A DNA stretch of 64,000 bases from Oikopleura dioica (lineage: Eukaryota > Animalia > Chordata): contig OU015569.1 of assembly GCA_907165135.1 (NCBI GenBank), forward strand, positions 11,780,001-11,844,000, written 5' to 3'. The translations under genes were made by a program, and so were the position numbers. The notes beneath the pieces were generated by a model. The model saw only the letters and a list, made by a program, of their open reading frames with translations. It did no database searches and was not told the origin of the DNA. Shown piece by piece: positions 1 through 15,488 of the stretch (position 1 is the first letter of the stretch; each line of letters begins with the position of its first letter).

Positions 1-2
1 TC

Positions 3-104
3 CATCACTTTTGCGAAGCATGCATCAATGCTCTCCAGCCGAAGAACTGCCCGAAATGCCGAACTCGCTTCACTCCTGCCAAAGTCAAGAAGATCTTCGA
101 TTGA
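3..104 (+). CDS. 3' end of a RING-finger protein (gene starts before window)
   Basis: Frame 3 reads HHFCEACINALQPKNCPKCRTRFTPAKVKKIFD*, the H-x-FC-xx-C...CP-x-CR C-terminal half of a RING domain; TGA at 102-104. Confidence 0.75.
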   Translation, partial: HHFCEACINALQPKNCPKCRTRFTPAKVKKIFD

Positions 105-680
105 ATTAACCCTGCCTGTATTCTCACTCTAGAATTTTTACATGCTCCGATCGTCTATCGTAGAGCAATTTAAAAATAAACCTAAAAAAAGATATTCCAA
201 GTCCTATTTCTTGCATGTTTCACAAAATCATTTTTCTTTGCAACGAAAAAAAACCAGATGTTCTTTTTCGAAAATTTCATTTTTCAAGAATTCATTTATT
301 TTTTGAACTTGACGTTTAAAAAAAACAATCAACGGGTTACGAACTGTACAGTTACTCTTTTGCAACATTAACTTACATTACTAGTTGCAGTTGGTTAATA
401 AGATGAGTTTTCACTTTGGGTTGAAGAAATGATTTTGGGTCGCGTTGTTTTTTTTGTTGCCTTTTTGGAAAAAGAGATAAGACGATTTTTTAGACGAGGC
501 GAGAAGAAAATTGAAATAAAAACACGAATTACTGTATTTTACTGTAAATACTTGAGGCGGAACTAGTTTCATGAAGTTGACGTGAAATTCGGTGGAGGTG
601 ATGGCAAATATGAAAAGAAAGAAGATAATAATAATATTATTAATAATTGTATAAAGCGCTTTTTCGACGAAGATAAAGGG

Positions 681-2504
681 CTAGTCGATGATGCCTTGAA
701 GTTGCTCTATCAACCACTCCTAAAATGATAAAAATGAGTATTACTTCTCAGAGAGAATCGAGGGAGGGACCATCTAGGCTCGGCAAACTGTGTAGGAAAC
801 CTGAGTCAGGGACCTTTCTTTTAGGATCCTGACTCAGGTTTTCTACACAGGTTCCCAAGCTCAGCTGATACCCGTGGACTTACTCGATCAGCCGTAGAAA
901 GCTTCATCGCGGCTAGAAGAACGGTCTGAACAGACGGAGTCCGAATAAAAGTGCTCAAGTAGACATTGGTAAATGACTGCATCACGAAATGACAATCCAT
1001 TCGATCTAAAAGAAGTATTCGTTGAATTCTTCGCCGGAGATTATAGCCGCTTACCCATGACGCCTCCATGGCCAGGAATTAAATCGCCAAAGTCTTTGAC
1101 TTTGAATGCTCGTTTGAATCCGGAAGCGAAGAAGCCGCCGAAAGGTGCAATGAAAGAGGCGAAAACGCCCAGCGCGGCGATGTGGTACTGGAACGGGCGG
1201 ATCAAAACCGTCTAAAATTTGGCATTTATCACCCTTTTTCATCCTGATTTTGGTACCTCGCCGACGCCGAACAAGCCAAACAGCGGTCGCAAAATGATCG
1301 GAACTGTATGTTCCACGGGAATGAAATACTCGGATGGCTCGCAAGTGGAAAGCACGTGCCAGTTGGCATCAAGTCGAACCGGACAAGTTAGAATCGGAAA
1401 ACGAGTCAAGAACCAGGAAAAAATGAAGCCCCAAATCAGCGTGCATATGAAACCACCGACGAACCCTTCCCAACTCTTTTTCGGCTGAAAAAACAACGGT
1501 GAGAAAGGTGCAAAAAGGAGTGGCAAACCGAGAGCTTGGTGAGAGGCTGGTTGATGAAACGCTTCCCAAGGAAGAACCCGCAAATATAGGCCCAAGTGTC
1601 GTTGGCGCAAACGAGCAGCACGGGAAGACAGAACCAGATCACTCCGTCGAATATATTTTGCATGCAGAGATGGCTCTGAAAGATCAGTACTCCTCTATGT
1701 CTCCAAAGTGAAACTTACGGATACAACGACCATGAGCAGAGTGCAGTGCGTCCAGCCGAACATGAAGAACTGCAAGCGATAGAAGGTCTTGACGAGGGAG
1801 CAGACGAAAGCGATAAAGCCGCAGCTGTACATTGCATAGGAAATGATGCGGTGGTGTTTGAAGAGGAAGTGCAACGCGACGTCCTTCTGGAGCACACTGC
1901 CGAAGTACTCGTTGATCGTCTCTCCGTAGAAGTAATAGTTGGCGCAGAAGAGGAAGTACCACGAGATCGAGCGGAACCACGGAAGCTCGTAGTTGCGGTA
2001 CACCATGTACCCGATTGTGATGATCTGTAATGATAGTTTATTGAAAGCAACTCATCTAGACTTTCACATTTATGACTAAAAGCGAGAAGCCGCGCGAAGC
2101 GCAGTTATACTAATGATCTCGAAGCTGAAAGCGGCTTCATTTTAGTAAAAAATGAATAGTATGTCGATTTCTTGAGATCTTACTTCATGGAAGGCCTTGA
2201 GTTGAATGGCGAGAATGAGAAGGACTATGGCAAGAGGGCCAAGATAGCCGATGAAGATGAAGCCAAAAAGCATTAAGAAAGAAGTAGAAACACGGATCCA
2301 CCAGTTACGCCAGCGCGCCGGCAGATGAGCGAGCATTTTGGAGAGAGCGCCCGTGTCGCCCGATTGTGGAATGTCTTCGTCTTTGATAATCCCAGCTTGG
2401 CTGCTGCTGGGATTTGTCGGCTCGGGCGCGCCTTGGATCAGCTCTTCCATAGGTATGGAGTCCACTTTTGCCAGTGGCCGCTTTGGCGCGATCAAGAAAA
2501 CCAA
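681..2504 (-). CDS. CDS1/CDS2: Phosphatidate cytidylyltransferase (CDP-diacylglycerol synthase), multi-exon; true start not resolved
   Basis: Spliced exons give [55 protein letters not shown] introns were checked; last exon 681-719 ends [12 protein letters not shown]. Confidence 0.93.
774..864. mobile_element. hAT-like MITE family A, short copy (CDS last intron)
   Basis: Arms CTAGGCTCGGCAAACTGTGTAGGAAACCTGAGTCAGG and CCTGACTCAGGTTTTCTACACAGGTT. Confidence 0.85.
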
Positions 2505-2553
2505 TTCACTTTTAGCATGATTTAGAGGTAAGGGGGTAGACTTCGTTAACTTT

Positions 2554-2668
2554 CTAAGATCGACAACCTGTTAGAAAACGTGAGTCAGGTTCCTAAAAGA
2601 GCGGCTCCCCCAAAATTAAGCTTTTTAGGACCCCGACTCAGGTTCTCTACACAGCTTGCTGAGCCTAA
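2554..2668. mobile_element. MITE family A copy
   Basis: Both CTGAGTCAGG/CTGACTCAGG-type arms present, diverged. Confidence 0.8.
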
Positions 2669-3787
2669 CTTTTTATCAAAATAAGGCTATCAAGTCATTC
2701 TGTCTTTTAGGCAATTTTCGGTAAGAGTGGCCTGATTTTTATTTAACACCATTTGTAAAACAAATAAAAAACAAGTATGTCTGAATTTGCTGGGTGATTA
2801 TTGACAGCATCAATTAAATATAAATAAGGGGCCACTTAATTAAATATTTATCATTTAAAATTGATCCGCTTCCTTTCTGACTTCGGATTCCATTCTTGAG
2901 CCGCTTTCGTTTTTCTCTCTTTTTCTGAAGAAACAGGTCAAAGGGCGTGTTTATTTTGTTCTTAATTTTTCCGAGTTTTGAAAAGTCCCGGAAAAAGAGG
3001 AGTGGAATGCAGTTGAGCGATTTTCGAATTGGAAATAGGAGTTCGCGGAATCGGAATGAAACAACAAAAAAGAACGCGCCTCGGGGCGAGTCAGATGGTG
3101 GCGCTATGGCGCAACTTTCTTTTCTGACTTTCGCGAAAGTCATTTTTTACTTGATTTGGATATGAGAACGATTTGAAATAAGAAATTCTGATAGAGGAAC
3201 ATTTACATCACTCATTTTTCCTTTGAGCGAATATGGTAAAATAGAATAGAGGGAGGGCGTAAAAATATCGATAGGAAAGGTAGAGAGAGAAGTTGTTTTC
3301 ATCATAAACGATAAGAAGCGTAACTGAAAATAAGAAAGAATAAATAAGAATTGATAACAAAAATTAAAAGCGAATTTTAGAAAAAAGAAAGAGGTTGATT
3401 TTCAACAAAGAGAAATAAGTTTTGCGCAGCGAGAATTAAGGGTATCACCAGTCAAAAAGAAACTGGGTCATTGAACAAGGGAGTCAAAAGGGAAAAAAGC
3501 GAAGATCAATTATACTTTTATCGTTTCTTTTAAAGAATGATAATAACTGCATTGTTCGGAATATATATATTTACGAAAATGAAGATAGCTAGGAACAATA
3601 ATAAATACGACGAAAAGGAATAGATGAGAATCATATACAGAAATAATTAAAAGATTTAACGGAGTTGGATTTTCATAAAACAAAGAGATTTATCGAGCTC
3701 ACGCCCTTAAGATATCTCTGTCACTCCCTTAATAAGTAGCAAGCTTCTACAGGCGATAGTAGGAACCTTCCTACCCGTCAGCTTCAG

Positions 3788-3893
3788 AAGGGCTCGGGAT
3801 GATGTATGTAAAACCTAAATCAAGGTCTTGAAAAAGCAGCGTAGTCAGGGCCCTGACTCAGGTTTTATATACAGGTTGCCTAACCGAGCCCAC
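3788..3893. mobile_element. MITE family A copy, degenerate
   Basis: GGGCTCGG left end; CCCTGACTCAGGTTTTATATACAGGTTGCC right arm. Confidence 0.75.
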
Positions 3894-4391
3894 CCCTCAA
3901 GCTAACGGCATTGGGTGTGTCCTTAATATTCTCTTTAGGGGATCCTTAGATGGACTCCATCTAATGGAGCTCCTTAAGGCGATTCCTCGAGGGAATTAAG
4001 GGTCTCATAAGGTTATTATTAGGTGAGATTTAAAAGCATAGTGGTGGATATGGACTTGTGACGAAATAGAAATAATTGCATATGAATTTGAGTTTGAATT
4101 TTCGAACTTGTAAATGTTGAATTTTGAAAATATAAAGGGGCAGCAGTTTTGATTCATAAACAAAAGGATTGAACGAAGAAATAATTTGACAATTTTAAAT
4201 TTACAAAAAAAGGCTAAAAAGAAAGAAGATAGATTGGAACTGATTAAGATTTCTTTCTCGCTTCTTTTTCTTTCAGCTTGGAACTCGTCGAAGACATGGA
4301 AGAGATTTGAGAGATTGAAGAGGGTGTTTTTTGGTTTTGGGTTTTTTGAACAGGTGAAGTTTTGAATTTTTGAAGTTTTTTTTCTTGAAGT

Positions 4392-8606
<4,215 letters not shown>

Positions 8607-8894
8607 TCTAGCAATTCTCAATTAAAATTTTTTTTATCAACTTTGGTGAATTATTATTTTCGAAATCAAAAAAGGCAGGAGGTGGATAACTTGTGAAACT
8701 TTTAAGAAAAATATTTGTAGAACCGTCTCTTTCCTTTTCAATAATAACTGGGTTAGTCATATGACAAGAAAATTGAGTTGAGTTAACAAACAGAGACTAG
8801 AATAAATAAAAAGGCACCATCTGATTTTCAGAAAATGGTATAAAAGAATATGTATATTAGCATTTGTTCAATATATAAAAAGAGGACAGAAGGG

Positions 8895-11800
8895 TCAAGT
8901 TTTCACGAGAAGTGTACTTTCGTCGGCATTATTGTCGTCGCTTGAATTGAACTCTAGAAGGGAAGGATGTGTCTTGTCGCTCGAATTCAAATTGTGGTTG
9001 GTGTCTAGTTCGTGGAATTTCTGCTGGCGGAGGCGTTCTTTTTTCAAATTTTCTTTCATTAATTTTTCAGTGTGGTTGGGCAGCATCCGCAAAACTGTCC
9101 ATTTCATGAACTACAATGATCAAAATTATTGTAAAAACGAGCTTTGAAACTGTACCTGAACAATATGCTCGAATAGGAGAATGAACATGAGTCTGCCGCA
9201 GAAGACGATGTAGTAAGCTTCTGTTTCGAAGCCGCGGTAATGGCACTTGCAACGAGCATCGTCGGAGGTAGAACTGGGCGAGTTGAGGCAGTTTTTGATT
9301 ACAGAAAAACTAAAAGAAGAAATCTTCATTTGGAAAAAAGAGGGGCTTTTACTCTTGGCGGTCGGAAAGGACTTGTTTGAAGAAGTCGTTGGAGTGGCGG
9401 TGATCCCACTTGTCTTTCATCGTCCAAATCTGGTGCTGGCCGTTTTGACCTTCACGGAGCCCGTAATCCAGCTGGGAAATATGGACGCTTTGGGTGGACC
9501 AGTCCACGTAGCCGCGGTAGCACTCGTTCTTCATCGGCCGCAGCAGTGGACTCAAGTGCGCGCAGTTGGGAGCGTACATCGTCGAGTACACAACCCTCGG
9601 GACCAGGTCGGAGGTGTAGCCGGCTACCAGGGCGTTAGTCAATACTGCGATCTTGAATAAAGCCTGTTAGGGGCTTGATAGTAATCTAACTTACCGAAGC
9701 TACAGTGCGAAGAATGCCAACCCAGGCACCGATCGAGCGAGCCATCACAAATCGCGCCCGTCGATGAAGTTTAATAAATTTATACGCATCTATCGAAAAG
9801 GGATGAAACGACGGTCCTCCGTATGAACTATGGTTGCCCTTTCACTTTTGATTTCATCCTTTCCTAATCGAATCTCAATGACATTATTCATCAGGGCAAA
9901 AAACGGGGCGAGCGGAAAAGTGGCGACGAAAATGGTGATGAATCCGAACTGAATCGCCATTTCTTGGTACTCATTCAACAAGCACAGGTTTTCATTCTTG
10001 GCGAGCAAGTAGTCACGCACCCAGGGCTTCTCGTCCGACCCCTTGTTCGTCTTTTTCTGCTTTCGGGCGTTCCACCACGGCCAGGCTAGTTCCACGATGT
10101 TGGAAACTACCTGTTTGATAATGAGGATGATGCCCAGTTGGAGGGACACGTCTTTTCAAAGAGGATTTACACTCATTACAGATGAAAACTAGTAAAAAAG
10201 TTCACGACATTTATGTTTAAATCCGTTGCCCATCAAGCAGCCGGCGGGATGGCACTCTTCCAGACGATAATAACTGTCGGAACTAATCCCCTGCCAGCGA
10301 TGATAGCGAATCGGCGTGCCAGTACCGTGTCCCTTGATGAAAGCGATGTAGAAAATCGACCCCCAAAAGTTGACCGCGTTGAACATGAACACTTTCAGGG
10401 TGTAGCTCTTTTCGTAGGCAGTGTCCAACTTCGGCATTTCCAACTCGGTTAGCCAGCTGGCTACGAGACGGAAGACCCAGTCCAGTGAGTAGATGAAAAC
10501 CATGTTTAGGCAAACTGAGCTAGGGTGGCAACGATACTCAAAAAAGGGGATGATTAGCTGTAAAATTTACAGTGTAAAGACTGCTCCCCCACATACCCAT
10601 ACCATTAAACTGGCCACCCTAGAAACTGAGGAAGCGGAAGCGATGAGAACTGAGTTCTCCGTGATCCGATCGTCCCAATCCAACCCAGTAAGGAAAGAAG
10701 CCATCCAGAGTCGATAAAGCTGAACTGTTAACACGCCGAAAATTGCGATTAGACAGAGCGTGAGGATGATCGAGACGGAGACGAATAAATACGGTAGCTT
10801 TCGGACGTAGCTCACTTTGTAGCTTCCGTCTTCTTCTTTAACTGGATAGAGTTTTTGTAGAATCGTGTTGAGAATGTTCCCCTTGCCCTGGCTGTTCTGC
10901 ATCTTCCTCGCTCGATTTTCGAACTGGACGCGGACGGAGTCGATCGAGTCTTCCGTCAAGTTCCAGTCGTTGCTCATCTTCGCTTCCTTTCTGGCCCAGA
11001 GATGGCAAAAGATCTTCGCCCAGGTGGCCATGAACAACGCGTAAATCACCGTCCACTTGTTGTCGAAGGCAGCGCTGATCTTGGCCGAGGCGCACGAGTC
11101 TTCCAAAACGGTGAAGCGGCAGCTCTTTGCCGGCCCGTCGCACGGCGGACACATGATTCGCGTATCGTTGCACATTGCTCGCTGCACCGGCGAATCGTTT
11201 ACCCAGCCGAGCACGGCGAAACCCATTATCTGGCGCATCGTTACCAGCAGACCTTGTCCAAGCTCAAGATCGCCTTTTCAGAGTTATTCAACTAGTTTAA
11301 CAGTTGATTTCCGTAATAATTTATGAGCACGGTCCCTAAGACTGCTGGCAGTATGAGCATTTGAGTGTACCAGCCAAGCCAAGTAAAGTAAATACCAATT
11401 TGCGGTCCGAAATATCTCTTGATCAAAAACAACGGCTGAAAATAGAGGGACTTTGCCCAGCAAGCCCATGTTTCCCGCAAAATCGTTCGCAGATTCGACT
11501 CTTTGATTTCTCCGACTTTCTTCTCGCCAGTTTCTTCGGTATCAGTTTCGTGGAGGGGGAAGGCGTCTTCGTAGACTTCTTCGGCCAAGAGTCGATCGAT
11601 CCCGATTTCGGCGTTTTTTCCGTAAGCAGTGTGCTTCAAAATGTACTGAATCCATGGTTGGGCAAAATTATTAGAGAAAATTATCATGATTTTGAGAATT
11701 CGCCCACCCTAGCCTGAATCACTCTAATCCGAACGCTGTTTGAAAACACTGTATCTGGATTGGAGAGTTTGATCAGTTCGTTGGAGGCGAACTTCTGGAA

Positions 11801-12384
11801 GACCTTTCGGCGGACTTTTTGGTAGCGCGCGTCGATGTAGTGTTTCTTCTTCTCGTAGAACTTGAGCGCGTTCGCGTTCTCCACAGTCCAGTTCGCTAGT
11901 TGCTGCCACATCGGCGCAAGCAGATTTGGGGACATGAACGGATCGAAGCGGTAGAGCGCCCGGGCGATCACCGATTCTTGTTTCTCCTCTAAATCGCAAA
12001 GTTGGAAACTGAAAAGAAAAACGAGGAAGTTATACCTTCGCTCTCGATGGGAAGCTTTATTTCCAGCTTTTCAGCATAATCTTCGAGCAATTCTTCCGAA
12101 ATTCCGATGAGCACGAACTCCTTGCTTTTGTTATTGACGATTTCCATTCGCCGCTCGACGAAGAGTCTTTCCTTCTTCAAATTGTTTTCAAAGTCTTCAA
12201 CGAATCGCCGGTGCTTCAAGATTTCTTCCGATTCCGAAACGGCCGTCGAGGATGAATGAATTGGCCGCGGCTTGTTCTTCTTGAGTCTGTCGTTACGAAC
12301 GAGAACGAAGCAGAAATTCTTGCGAGCTCGCTCTCGATCGTAGTCTTCCGGCGTCGGAGGCTGCTCCAAATCGCCGTCGTCCAT
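8895..12384 (-). CDS. ANO (TMEM16): Anoctamin/TMEM16 family channel or scramblase, multi-exon
   Basis: QPLFLIKRYFGPQIGIYFTWLGWYT, MCPPCD, YRLEECHPAGCLM, KQVVSNIVE, EYQEMAIQFGF, NNVIEIRLDA. The Ca2+-coordinating acidic residues appear present after splicing. Confidence 0.93.
10520..10622. mobile_element. 103-bp TIR element inserted in anoctamin coding sequence
   Basis: TIR CTAGGGTGGC...GCCACCCTAG; perfect 8-bp TSD AAACTGAG at 10512-10519 and 10623-10630. Confidence 0.92.
11653..11712. mobile_element. 60-bp degenerate element of the same TIR type, now an anoctamin intron
   Basis: Ends CATGGTTGGGCAAA and TTCGCCCACCCTAG; TSD ACTGAATC/CCTGAATC (7 of 8 identical). Confidence 0.85.
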
Positions 12385-13113
12385 GTTTTCTGAAAGTTTT
12401 TGTTAAGAAAAGTACCGAAATTCTAGTTGAAAAACTATTATTCGAGTGAATCCTAATCCTTATTTAATCGACCTTGACGCTCTTAGGGCTCAATAAGGGG
12501 ATTTAAGGGGGTAAACATCAGTAGCTTTTCCACAACCTTGATCCTTAAAATGGACCTTTCTTCTCCGCAGAATCGGCGCCATTTTCTCAAAATTCTTTTC
12601 TTCTGATTGAAAATTGTTTCTTTCTCGATTATCCATCGGATAAAAACAGCTCTTTTTAATTAAAGCTATTTTGGCCCTTCGTTTCTCGCTTCTTATTTCT
12701 ATTATTGATATTGAAAGGGATCAATTATGCAGGGCTTTAGGGATTTAGCTAGATCTTCATTCCAAATTCTAGAAAAAAAGGAAGGTTTCGGGGGTTGTTT
12801 ATCTCCTCTTTCTTGGCATTATTCTGCCCCACTATTGTTCCTTGTCTGTTTTTTTTTCTCCTCAAGCTCGGGCGCCTCTTCAAAAAAAATGATTCGAGAG
12901 GTCTTCTCTCTTACCCCCTTTCTTTGAAAAAAAAACATTCGACCTTTTCTTCACCTTTTTTTCGTAAAAAACTCGAAATCGTCGAAATTTCAGTTTCAAA
13001 CTCGCCCTAATTTCTGAATGCAACTCACACGGGGATTAGGCTAGAGCCTTATCACCCACGGTGCAGATCAAAGTCCATTTCTACTGTCTTTAGTAAAGAC
13101 TCTTTACTATCAT

Positions 13114-13245
13114 CTTGGCTAGACTGCCTGTGTAGAATACCTGAGTCAGGGTCCTGAATGTGGTTTTTTGACAAAAGCCGCGTAGTTTCACTAACGCACT
13201 TCAAGGACCCTGAGTCAGGTTTTCAACACAGGTAACCGAGCCGAG
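13114..13245. mobile_element. MITE family A copy
   Basis: CCTGTGTAGAATACCTGAGTCAGGGTCC...GGACCCTGAGTCAGGTTTTCAACACAGG. Confidence 0.85.
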
Positions 13246-14435
13246 AACAGTCATAATCTAATTATGAGTACTTACTAAAATTTACTCTAAAAGTTGTGTC
13301 GTCTTTTTCTTCTTCTTTTCGTTCGTTTTCGGATTAAGATTTCCCAATTTGAAATTCGAATATTCATGCTAGAGTCAGACTTCTTCACAATTTTTCAAGC
13401 GCTTCGGATCTTTTTTCATTCTAAAGAGGAAAACTGTATTCTTACAAGCAAGGATTAGTCTGGAATCAACTGGATAAAAGCATTAATTTGACTCTGCGGG
13501 CTAAAAATTAATTCGCCACTGTAGCTTTCAAAAAGTTGTTCTCTTACTGTGGAATTTTGACAAAAAGTAATTGTAGCTTCTGTATTTGCCTTTGAAGCTT
13601 CAGCAGAGAAATACAGTGGCTACAATCACTGTAGTTAAGATTCCACAATGTGATGATAACTTTCTGATACATTGAGCTAAAGTGGTGTCTTAATTTTAAC
13701 TCAAATTAGTCATTTTTCTTACTGTCAACAACTTCTTCTAGTAATAATAGCTCCATAACTAAACTATGCAATAAGATAATGTGTTTGCGGTAGTTATTGT
13801 TACTGCAGAAAGATATTTACAATAAGACAAGTTTCTACGAAGTAATTCAGAAGGCTAATTCTAGATTTGCCTCATTTCTGAGAAAATTCCGAAATAACTA
13901 TTCAGCGACGTGCTCGAGTCAGTGACTCCGTGAGAAAAAAACTCGCCGCCTACGCGCGCGAGATGACTCATCGCCCGATTACGCGGCGTTCTCCCTTTTT
14001 CTCGCCAACGAAAGAGCGTACGAAAACGCCGCAAATTAACAAATTAAAACGATTAAAATGAGGAAAAACATGATTTAAAACTGAAGAAAACGCAAGAGCA
14101 AAACTTAAACGCGAGGAAAATGAGTTGATTCGGCAAATATTGGTTGAAAAGGAAGAAATAACGAATTGGAAATGGAGAAAAGAATTTCTTTTGATTTGTG
14201 AGAAAAAAATTGTGGCTTGTGGAAATTTGAATCGTCGAAAAGAAGAAAAAACTGATGCAAAAAATATTATGCGGAATTGAGAATGACGAGGTCTTTTTCA
14301 GTGGGAAATATGAATTATCAATCTTATATAAAATGAAACTCTCAAAATTGTAGATAAATTCGTAAGTCAACTCTGCGTGAAATTACTAAATAATAAAAAT
14401 TGTTTCCTTATCCATTCCGAATTCTTTGGTCTTCA

Positions 14436-14665
14436 GCTCAGCGTACTGTGTCAAAAACCTGAGTAAGGCTCCTGTCATGAAAAGCCGCGTAGCGGCTTTT
14501 ATTAAAATTAAGTCGCGAAGCGGTTACGCAAAAGTCTTCAAACATATTGTATTGGTAATTTAGCAAAGCCGCTTCGCGTCTTTCTTTTTATAAACGCCTC
14601 CACGCGGCTTTTCAGTGTAACTCTTTTTGGGCCCTGACTCAGGTTTCCTTCACATTGTTTGATTC
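14436..14665. mobile_element. MITE family A full-length-type copy, diverged
   Basis: Both arms plus AAGCCGCGTAGCGGCTT interior palindromes. Confidence 0.8.
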
Positions 14666-15066
14666 CCTTCTTTGGTCGGGTTGAAAATTACAGAATGCCT
14701 GAAGTGAAAACTGTAAAAACACGAATTTCCCTTGATCACGACTTATCTTTCCGGTCAACGATTAACTTGATTGTTTCTTTCACTTTTGTAATCGTGATGC
14801 AATGTCGAGTCGTTATGCAATCCAAAGAAATTTCATTCTTTTCAATCGAGACAAAATTTACGACTACCGATTTACTCGACAGCCCTTGTCTGACAGTGAA
14901 AGTGAAGCCCAAATTCCATGGACATGTGTCAAAAAATTCAAATCTTGCGAAGCAAATTTTAGGCCTCTATTCAGTCTTTGTTCAATTTTTCCCGATTTCG
15001 GAATTACTAACTGTCGCATATTAACGTTGAATCAACTAATGTGTTCTATATTGTTCGATCTTTTCC

Positions 15067-15235
15067 CTGGACTTGGCAACCTGTGTAAAAACCTGAGTCA
15101 GGGTCCTGCAAAACTATAAAAAAAATCTCCGTAGATTAAAAAGTGGTTTCATTCGAAAAGAATCCGCTTCGCGGCTAATTATTGAGCCTCTTTCAGAACC
15201 CTGACTCAGGATTCCACACAGGTCGCCAAGCCCAT
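15067..15235. mobile_element. MITE family A copy
   Basis: CTGGACTTGGCAACCTGTGTAAAAACCTGAGTCAGGG...CCCTGACTCAGGATTCCACACAGGTCGCCAAGCCC. Confidence 0.88.
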
Positions 15236-15488
15236 CTTTCAAGTTGCAACTCTTCTTCCTAAATCCATCCTCAGTCAAAATACGCCAGCTCATGTCTCAG
15301 ACGTCTCCTATTTCAGCTAACTCCAGTCCCAATCAAATTTTCAACTAGTAGCTTTTTCGATTATTTCCAAATCACCAAGAATCGTACTGAATGATGGAAA
15401 CCGAACCAGCCCGATATTTCCAGCCTCCTTTTTTTCTTCCATTTCTGAAATTTTCAAGCTTTTTTAATCAAAAACGCGTGGTTTTCAG

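Noticed and set aside
11245-11335. Anoctamin intron with a possible GG donor and terminal stem
   Set aside because: The junction could not be fixed from the alignment, and the stem is only about 9 of 15.
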